This document shows, in pieces, positions 53,217 through 59,006 of a DNA stretch of 63,300 nt (the first letter of the stretch is position 1; every line of letters begins with the position of its first letter). Under the pieces are notes generated by a model. The model ran no database searches. It saw nothing but the letters and a program-made list of their open reading frames with translations, and was not told where the DNA came from. The stretch lies in IMG/VR virus record IMGVR_UViG_3300008111_000027, positions 62,001-125,300 of that record; one strand, written 5' to 3'. This DNA comes from an uncultured virus (IMG/VR IMGVR_UViG_3300008111_000027) (Duplodnaviria; Heunggongvirae; Uroviricota; Caudoviricetes). The position numbers and the translations under genes are program-made.

Positions 53217-53645
53217 ATGGAAAGAAATGATAACATCAACGCCGTCAAAATGAAATTTGAAGCGGAGAAAATGAAACTAAAAGAAGAGAGGGAAAGAATG
53301 ATTAGGAATCATTGGGAGAATTTACCAAAGATTAATAATCCCGAAGATGTCCCAACTCTTCCAAGAGTGGATGAAAAAGAATGGAGAGAGTTCTATGTTC
53401 CGAAACTAATTGACGCAGGTGCGATTCCTAAAAAAGATTTAGTAAATGGTCAAATTTATATTGGTGAACATAGAAATACCACAATCGCAAGATGGAATCA
53501 AGAGACAAACAAATTTATACACATGAGATATAAGTTTGGTTGGAGAGAGGATGATTGTAACCATTTTGAAGATGATGATGGATTTGCATTGTTCGTTCCA
53601 ATTAGATTGGGGACCCAAGAAGAATGGGATGAACGAATTAAGTAA
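53217..53645 (+). CDS. hypothetical protein within tRNA operon
   Basis: ATG 53217; the ORF-track extension overlaps tRNAs. Confidence 0.7.
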   Translation: MERNDNINAVKMKFEAEKMKLKEERERMIRNHWENLPKINNPEDVPTLPRVDEKEWREFYVPKLIDAGAIPKKDLVNGQIYIGEHRNTTIARWNQETNKFIHMRYKFGWREDDCNHFEDDDGFALFVPIRLGTQEEWDERIK

Positions 53646-53646
53646 T

Positions 53647-53721
53647 GGTTCTTTGGTGTAATGGATAGCACGCAACGCTACGGACGTTGAAGTAAGGGTT
53701 CGAGTCCTTTAGGAATCACCA
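53647..53721 (+). tRNA. tRNA-Arg(ACG)
   Basis: CAACG CTACGGA CGTTG; encoded CCA. Confidence 0.92.
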
Positions 53722-53722
53722 C

Positions 53723-53796
53723 GGTCCTGTACCCAAGTGGCTTAAGGGGGGAGTCTGCAAAACTCTTATTCGGTGGTTCGAATCCACTCGGGACCT
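53723..53796 (+). tRNA. tRNA-Cys(GCA)
   Basis: GGAGT CTGCAAA ACTCT; U73. Confidence 0.92.
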
Positions 53797-53858
53797 CAAT
53801 ATAAGGTGTGAGACTTATAATGGTTCATTATAAGGTTTGAACCTTATAATTTATAAAT

Positions 53859-53936
53859 GGTAGATATAGTTCAGTTGGTTAGAACGTCTGATTGTGGTCC
53901 AGAAGGTCGTCGGTTCGAATCCGATTATTTACCCCA
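53859..53936 (+). tRNA. tRNA-His(GTG)
   Basis: loop TTGTGGT; G-1 and C73; CCA. Confidence 0.9.
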
Positions 53937-53939
53937 AAT

Positions 53940-54016
53940 TGGAATATAGCTCAATTGGTTAGAGCATTCGTCTGATACGCGAAAGGTTATAGGTTCGATT
54001 CCTATTATTCCAACCA
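53940..54016 (+). tRNA. tRNA-Ile(GAT)
   Basis: TTCGT CTGATAC GCGAA; CCA. Confidence 0.92.
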
Positions 54017-54021
54017 AACAT

Positions 54022-54099
54022 TGCGGGATGCGTAGAAAGTGGTCATCTCGTCAGTCTCATAAGCTGAAGTTCCCGGTTCGAGTCCGGGTCCCGCAACCA
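54022..54099 (+). tRNA. tRNA-Met(CAT), probably elongator
   Basis: TCAGT CTCATAA GCTGA; CCA. Confidence 0.85.
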
Positions 54100-54139
54100 A
54101 ACATTTTGAAATATGGAATTTACTTCTTATATTTTATTT

Positions 54140-54150
54140 GTTCTTTGAAA
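54140..54150 (+). promoter_or_regulatory. boxA-like antitermination element
   Basis: GTTCTTTGAAA; same motif at 55385, 61092, 62841. Confidence 0.6.
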
Positions 54151-54155
54151 TATAT

Positions 54156-54227
54156 CGTGGGGTAGAGCAGTGGTAGCTCGTTAGGCTCATAACCTAAAGG
54201 TCGTCGGTTCGAATCCGACCCCCGCAA
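54156..54227 (+). tRNA. tRNA-fMet(CAT), initiator-like
   Basis: C1:A72 mismatch; TTAGG CTCATAA CCTAA. Confidence 0.85.
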
Positions 54228-54233
54228 CAAATG

Positions 54234-54316
54234 GTCATAATTAGGGTCGAGCCACATCTTGCCACGGTTATGACAAGGGTCAGAAGGAACAGAGGTGGCC
54301 GTGACTACTCTGACCC
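54234..54316 (+). ncRNA. unknown two-hairpin RNA B
   Basis: GTCATAA/TTATGAC and GGGTCAGA/TCTGACCC stems with complementary loops. Confidence 0.5.
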
Positions 54317-54322
54317 ACTATT

Positions 54323-54396
54323 GCCTCCTTAGCTCAGTTGGCCAGAGCAGCTGATTTGTAATCAGCGGGTCGTTGGTTCGAATCCGACAGGAGGCT
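54323..54396 (+). tRNA. tRNA-Thr(TGT)
   Basis: GCTGA TTTGTAA TCAGC. Confidence 0.93.
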
Positions 54397-54402
54397 CCGA
54401 TT

Positions 54403-54474
54403 GGTCTCATAGTTAATCGGCTATAATATCGCCCTGTCACGGCGAAGTGCCGGGTTCGATTCCCGGTGGGACCG
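54403..54474 (+). tRNA. tRNA-Asp(GTC)
   Basis: TCGCC CTGTCAC GGCGA. Confidence 0.93.
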
Positions 54475-54477
54475 CAA

Positions 54478-54683
54478 TGAGTAAGAGATACTCAGAGTCT
54501 TCGAATCAAGACTTTAAGAATGATTCCGCAGAAAGTCTACGGCGCGAGTGGGACTTCATGGGAACAAAGGAGAGCGACACACCTCCTCCCAGTAGTGTTG
54601 ACTTTTTTTAACGGGGACGCCCTTCAGGTTGTTTGAAAGAAAATAAACCGAAATGACTACTCACCGTAATCTCAGGTGGGGTA
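54478..54683 (+). ncRNA. unknown multi-hairpin RNA C
   Basis: series of hairpins (TGAGTA/TACTCA, AGTCTT/AAGACT, TACTCACC/GGTGGGGTA), GC-richer than the genome, no ORF. Confidence 0.5.
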
Positions 54684-54686
54684 ATT

Positions 54687-54774
54687 GGAGAGTTGGTAGA
54701 GTTGGTTTATTGCACCTGACTTGAAATCAGGAGAACTCGTGAGGGTTCCGGGGGTTCGAATCCCTCACTCTCCT
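54687..54774 (+). tRNA. tRNA-Ser(TGA)
   Basis: CCTGA CTTGAAA TCAGG; long variable arm. Confidence 0.92.
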
Positions 54775-54780
54775 CAAATT

Positions 54781-54852
54781 GGCCCGGTCGTCTATCGGTT
54801 AGGACACGTCCCTTTCACGGATGAAAGCGGGGTTCGATTCCCCGTCGGGCTA
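54781..54852 (+). tRNA. tRNA-Glu(TTC)
   Basis: CGTCC CTTTCAC GGATG. Confidence 0.92.
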
Positions 54853-54880
54853 CACTGAAATTAAATTAAAAAAAACCAAT

Positions 54881-55123
54881 ATGTTAGAAAAAATTTTAGA
54901 ACAATACGAAGATGAACAAATCTTAATTGCTGATGGATTTGATGATGCGGTAATAGGAATTGAAACATCTTCAATGAGATTAATCTATTCTGTTGAGAAG
55001 TGTATCACTATACTTATGAATCAAGGAATGGATATGACAGAAGCGGTAGAATATTTTGAATTTAATGTTTCCGGTTCTTACGTTGGTGAAAAGACTCCAA
55101 TATGGTGTGAAGATTTATTTTAA
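54881..55123 (+). CDS. conserved phage hypothetical protein
   Basis: ADGFDDAVIG...EAVEYFEFNV.G.YVGE.TP. Confidence 0.75.
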   Translation: MLEKILEQYEDEQILIADGFDDAVIGIETSSMRLIYSVEKCITILMNQGMDMTEAVEYFEFNVSGSYVGEKTPIWCEDLF

Positions 55124-55162
55124 TTTTTTTTTAAAAAAACTTGGAAATTAAAAAACTTTTTG

Positions 55163-55170
55163 TATCTTTG
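55163..55170 (+). promoter_or_regulatory. Bacteroidota-type -7 promoter element of tRNA operon 2
   Basis: TATCTTTG; TTG about 20 nt upstream. Confidence 0.7.
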
Positions 55171-55187
55171 TGATAGTTATAAACAAA

Positions 55188-55292
55188 ATGATGAAAATGG
55201 TTTACATACAACAACCCTTGAACAACCCACTAAGTGGTAATGGGAGAGGTATATATTTATGTGACCCATGTTCGGAGTTTTTAAAAGTGTAA
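55188..55292 (+). CDS. leader peptide 2 (34 aa, MMKMVYIQQPLNNPLSGNGRGIYLCDPCSEFLKV)
   Basis: ATG..TAA between promoter and terminator; codons match operon 2 anticodons; contains antiterminator GTTCGGAGTTTT. Confidence 0.8.
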   Translation: MMKMVYIQQPLNNPLSGNGRGIYLCDPCSEFLKV

Positions 55293-55313
55293 GGAACTTA
55301 ACCTACTAATAAG

Positions 55314-55346
55314 AAGACCCGAACTCAAAAAAAGTTCGGGTTTTTT
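55314..55346 (+). terminator. attenuator terminator of tRNA operon 2
   Basis: AAGACCCGAACT CAAAAAA AGTTCGGGTTTT + U tract. Confidence 0.88.
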
Positions 55347-55412
55347 GTTTTTAAGATTTTGTTGTTTATATTTTGATTAGATTTGTTCTTTGACATATTG
55401 GAATTGGTAAAT

Positions 55413-55497
55413 GCCGAGGTGATGGAATGGTAGACATGAGGGACTTAAAATCCCTTGGACAGTAATGTTCGTGTGGGTTCGACTCCCATCCTCGGTA
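55413..55497 (+). tRNA. tRNA-Leu(TAA)
   Basis: AGGGA CTTAAAA TCCCT; long variable arm. Confidence 0.93.
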
Positions 55498-55499
55498 CA

Positions 55500-55700
55500 A
55501 AAATGAAAAACTCCTTACAGAGGACGGATTAGCACCGTTGAAAGAAACTTTGGCTCTTGGGATTAGCTACCCAAATGAGTTACATGACCCAAAGTGAACT
55601 GTGATGGACCCTGCTCTGATGTGCACGTCAACAGGTGGACAGTAAACTATGTCCAATCAAATCTACAACTACGGTGAGCGTAGAAGGAGGTTTTCATTTT
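55500..55700 (+). ncRNA. unknown ~200-nt structured RNA D
   Basis: AAAATGAAAAACTCCTT / AAGGAGGTTTTCATTTT closing stem enclosing several hairpins. Confidence 0.6.
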
Positions 55701-55703
55701 AAT

Positions 55704-55775
55704 GGGCCCATAGTTAAAGGGATATAACTTCTCACTTCTAATGAGATGTTCCAAGTTCGAGTCTTGGTGGGCCTA
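55704..55775 (+). tRNA. tRNA-Arg(TCT)
   Basis: TCTCA CTTCTAA TGAGA. Confidence 0.92.
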
Positions 55776-55777
55776 CT

Positions 55778-55917
55778 AAGATAGTGGTCACTCTTACAAT
55801 GAAAGTCGACAAAGTAGTTGTAAGGTTCATAGTGTTCATCACCCTCGGCCGGTGCACTGATAAAACTCAGAAGAAGCCGTTAAGATTGGAGCGAGACGGG
55901 TACTCCATCACTATCTT
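55778..55917 (+). ncRNA. unknown ~140-nt structured RNA E
   Basis: AAGATAGTG/CACTATCTT closing stem; CTTACAA/TTGTAAG; TGGAG/CTCCA. Confidence 0.55.
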
Positions 55918-55924
55918 TTTTAAT

Positions 55925-55998
55925 AGGGAAGTAGCGCAGTTGGTTAGCGCACCTGGTTTGGGACCAGGGGGTCGCAGGTTCGAGTCCTGTTTTCCCTA
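55925..55998 (+). tRNA. tRNA-Pro(TGG)
   Basis: CCTGG TTTGGGA CCAGG. Confidence 0.93.
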
Positions 55999-56003
55999 CA
56001 AAT

Positions 56004-56075
56004 TCCTTGATAGCTCAGTGGTAGAGCAAACGGCTGTTAACCGTTGGGTCCCAAGTTCGAATCTTGGTCGGGGAG
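56004..56075 (+). tRNA. tRNA-Asn(GTT)
   Basis: AACGG CTGTTAA CCGTT. Confidence 0.93.
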
Positions 56076-56082
56076 CAAAAAA

Positions 56083-56146
56083 ATCGCTGATGGAAACATC
56101 GAAGGTGTGTAATGCTAGCAACACCGTAGGTTAAGCGATGTCCTAC
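56083..56146 (+). ncRNA. unknown small junction/pseudoknot RNA F
   Basis: ATCGCT/AGCGAT, GATG-GAAA-CATC, GGTGT/ACACC, GTAGG/CCTAC. Confidence 0.45.
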
Positions 56147-56151
56147 ACTTT

Positions 56152-56232
56152 GCCGAAGTGGTGGAATGGTAGACACACGACACTTAGGATGTCGCGCGTA
56201 ATTGCGTGGGGGTTCGAGTCCCTTCTTCGGTA
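56152..56232 (+). tRNA. tRNA-Leu(TAG)
   Basis: CGACA CTTAGGA TGTCG. Confidence 0.92.
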
Positions 56233-56238
56233 CAACAA

Positions 56239-56321
56239 TGAAAGGTGGGTGAGTGGTTAAAACCGGCAGACTGTAAATTTGCTCTCTTCGGGGTACGGGG
56301 GTTCGAATCCCTCCCTTTCAA
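56239..56321 (+). tRNA. tRNA-Tyr(GTA)
   Basis: GCAGA CTGTAAA TTTGC; long variable arm. Confidence 0.9.
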
Positions 56322-56335
56322 CAAAAAGTAATAGT

Positions 56336-56887
56336 ATGGAAAGAAATAACATTATTAAAAGTATGATGGATTCAATCACTCCTGAAATGGAGGAAAGGTT
56401 CAAACAAGAAAGAATCGAGTGGAAAAATAGTTTAACCGCAGAATATCAACTTGGTCATTATGTTGGTTTGGAAATCGTTCACAATTATCTCCCAACCCTA
56501 TCAACTGATATGTTACAAACTCGTAATGTCATTGAGGTATCTGAAGAAGATTCATTAGAGAATGAAAGATTGGACACCGAATGGTATGTAACAACACAAC
56601 ATGGTGGGGAATGGAATGGTAAGGATGAAAGTGGCAATAAAGAAAAATGGGACTTATACCACCAACACAATAAAATGTTGGAAAGGAAATACCTACCCAA
56701 TCCTCTTTATTGTCACATGGGTGTTTTGAACATTCGAGATATGGATGATTTCAAAAAAGGTTTAAGATTTGCATTATGGGATTGTGATATGTGTTCTTAT
56801 AACATCGAACTTGAGAACATAAAAATCTATGACGAAGAACATTTAATGAGTACGATTATAGAGTTTTCGTTGGATTTGGTGGTGTAG
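56336..56887 (+). CDS. hypothetical protein within tRNA operon
   Basis: ATG 56336; stop lies inside the next tRNA. Confidence 0.7.
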   Translation: MERNNIIKSMMDSITPEMEERFKQERIEWKNSLTAEYQLGHYVGLEIVHNYLPTLSTDMLQTRNVIEVSEEDSLENERLDTEWYVTTQHGGEWNGKDESGNKEKWDLYHQHNKMLERKYLPNPLYCHMGVLNIRDMDDFKKGLRFALWDCDMCSYNIELENIKIYDEEHLMSTIIEFSLDLVV

Positions 56888-56954
56888 CTCAATTGGTGAG
56901 AGCAGGACGCTTATACCGTCAAGGTTATGGGTTCAAATCCCGTCACCACTACCA
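56878..56954 (+). tRNA. tRNA-Ile(TAT)
   Basis: GACG CTTATAC CGTC; CCA. Confidence 0.88.
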
Positions 56955-56956
56955 TT

Positions 56957-57030
56957 GGTCCCTTAGCTCAGTTGGTTAGAGCACCCGACTCATAATCGGT
57001 AGGTCCACGGTTCAAGCCCGTGAGGGACCA
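56957..57030 (+). tRNA. tRNA-Ile2(CAT), lysidine type (inferred)
   Basis: CCGA CTCATAA TCGG; GGTCCCTTAGCTCAG body typical of Ile2. Confidence 0.8.
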
Positions 57031-57055
57031 CGAGATATTTATATATAAAAAAATC

Positions 57056-57508
57056 ATGGGAATTGAATTAAAAAAGAAAAAACAACTTATCGAAAGATTA
57101 AACAAAAGATTATTATCTGAAGCCGAAATGGAGTGTCCTAAAGCAACTCAAGATTTAGAGTTGAACACTAATAATAGAGACAAATCAATAAAAGCGGATT
57201 ATATAAAATATGGTCCACTTAATATTGATGAACCCGGTGATTATTGGGAAATGGTTGCATCCGATTGGAATACGACTGTTGAAGCCGCTAAAAAATCACT
57301 ATGTGGTAATTGTGTTGCATTTGATATATCACCAAGAATGGATGAATGTATGCCAGGTTCGGTTTCTGATGATAGTGGTAGATTAGGATACTGTTGGATG
57401 CATCACTTTAAATGTCACTCCGCAAGAACATGTAAAACATGGGCAAAAGGTGGTCCGATTACCGAAAATACGGTGTCATATGAGTGGCAACAAAAAAATC
57501 AAAAATAA
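57056..57508 (+). CDS. Cys/His-rich hypothetical protein
   Basis: CGNCVAFD, GYCWMHHFKCHSARTC; late-promoter motif 57036-57043. Confidence 0.72.
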   Translation: MGIELKKKKQLIERLNKRLLSEAEMECPKATQDLELNTNNRDKSIKADYIKYGPLNIDEPGDYWEMVASDWNTTVEAAKKSLCGNCVAFDISPRMDECMPGSVSDDSGRLGYCWMHHFKCHSARTCKTWAKGGPITENTVSYEWQQKNQK

Positions 57509-57577
57509 TATCATCATGTGGTCGCACCCTTAACTCCAAAACCTGTTAAGGAAATCGTTATGGGAAGACCACTCCAC

Positions 57578-57649
57578 GCGATAGTCGTATAACGGTTATT
57601 ATACCACCTTGCCAAGGTGGGGACGATGGTTCAATTCCATTCTGTCGCT
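57578..57649 (+). tRNA. tRNA-Gly(GCC)
   Basis: CCACC TTGCCAA GGTGG. Confidence 0.92.
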
Positions 57650-57696
57650 CACTTTTATCGGACAACCAATATTTATTATTACATAATGGTTGTCCA

Positions 57697-58101
57697 ATGA
57701 GAAATAGAGAAAAAAAAGAAAAACAATGTTTGAATTGTGGTTGTGAAATTCCTAATAGGAATCTTTACTGTAATAATAAGTGTCAATTCGAATATCAAAG
57801 AAAAAATATTTTCAAATCTTTAGAGGAAAATAATTTTGAAAGATATACAAGATGTGACACAATCCACGAGATAACAAAAAAATATTTGATAGAAAAATTT
57901 GGTGAAAAATGTATGGTTTGTGAATGGGATAAAGTGAATGAACATACAGGGATAGTCCCAATCCAAATTAATCATATAGATGGTAACCCACATAATCATG
58001 ATTTATCAAATGTTGAGTTACTCTGTCCTAACTGTCATTCTTTAACAGAATTTTTTGGTCGAAGAGGTAAGGGTAGGAAATGGAGATATCAAAGTAAGTA
58101 G
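57697..58101 (+). CDS. HNH homing endonuclease
   Basis: CLNC..YC..KC; C..C; HIDGN..N....N..LLCPNCH. Confidence 0.88.
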   Translation: MRNREKKEKQCLNCGCEIPNRNLYCNNKCQFEYQRKNIFKSLEENNFERYTRCDTIHEITKKYLIEKFGEKCMVCEWDKVNEHTGIVPIQINHIDGNPHNHDLSNVELLCPNCHSLTEFFGRRGKGRKWRYQSK

Positions 58102-58165
58102 ACCTTAAAAAGGGCCCTTCCGTTGCGTACGAAAACGGCTTGTTGGGCCCGGGTCTACCTTTTAA

Positions 58166-58237
58166 GCGAATATCGTATAACGGTCATTACTTCAGACTTC
58201 CAATCTGAAGATGCCAGTTCGATTCTGGCTATTCGCT
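58166..58237 (+). tRNA. tRNA-Gly(TCC)
   Basis: TCAGA CTTCCAA TCTGA. Confidence 0.92.
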
Positions 58238-58242
58238 CATAT

Positions 58243-58313
58243 TGCCCTTTCGTCTAATGGCAGGACATGTGGTTTTGGTCCACAGTGTGGAGGTTCGAAT
58301 CCTTCAGGGGCAA
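58243..58313 (+). tRNA. tRNA-Gln(TTG)
   Basis: TGTGG TTTTGGT CCACA; U1:A72. Confidence 0.9.
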
Positions 58314-58334
58314 CTAATCAATTCCAATATAACA

Positions 58335-58420
58335 GGAAGGTTACCCAAGTTGGTGAAGGGGTCAGTTTGCTAAACTGATAGGGTGTCACAGCCGCGAGGG
58401 TTCGAGCCCCTCACCTTCCG
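58335..58420 (+). tRNA. tRNA-Ser(GCT)
   Basis: TCAGT TTGCTAA ACTGA; long variable arm. Confidence 0.92.
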
Positions 58421-58447
58421 CAGAGTACTTATAGAATATAGAATGGT

Positions 58448-58909
58448 ATGCAAAAATTTAGAACATTGTACGGAACACCTATAACCGACGTTATAGATTA
58501 CATCAAAGATTATTTGGTGGATAAATCTGATGTGGAGATACTGATTGGTTCAGATTCACAATCGTTTAGTAATTCCAAAACGGTTTACGGGGTGGTTATT
58601 GCACTTTACACAAAAGGTAAGGGTGCACACGTATTGTGCACTAAAGACACAACACCATTTGAAAAAGATACATCAAGTAGACTAATGACTGAAGTGTGGA
58701 AGGCGGTTGAAGTTGCTGAACACTTGAGAAACAATGGTTTACCAAAAGCCACTTGGATTGATATTGACCTTAATCCTGACCCCAAATACAAATCAAATAA
58801 GGTTTTGAGACAAGCCGTTGGTTTGGTTGAGGGCATGGGGTACAAGGTTAGATACAAACATGCGGGCGCTATGGTTACTTACAGTGCCAACCATTTAGTA
58901 AGGATTTAA
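58448..58909 (+). CDS. RNase H-like YkuK (DUF458) family protein
   Basis: IGSDSQ, GKGAHV, RL..EV, IDIDLNPD...SN. Confidence 0.8.
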   Translation: MQKFRTLYGTPITDVIDYIKDYLVDKSDVEILIGSDSQSFSNSKTVYGVVIALYTKGKGAHVLCTKDTTPFEKDTSSRLMTEVWKAVEVAEHLRNNGLPKATWIDIDLNPDPKYKSNKVLRQAVGLVEGMGYKVRYKHAGAMVTYSANHLVRI

Positions 58910-59006
58910 AAATTTTTTTTGATTTTTTTTAAAAAAAACTTTGTTTTTAGAAAAAGTGTGCATATCTTTGTACCACTACAATAAATTACAACATTAATAC
59001 GACATT

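Noticed and set aside
56086..56103. Hammerhead ribozyme (CTGATG...GAA)
   Set aside because: Lacks the CUGAnGA core and GAAA/UH arrangement.
55784..56134. 116-aa ORF
   Set aside because: Runs through tRNA-Pro, tRNA-Asn and a structured RNA; spurious.
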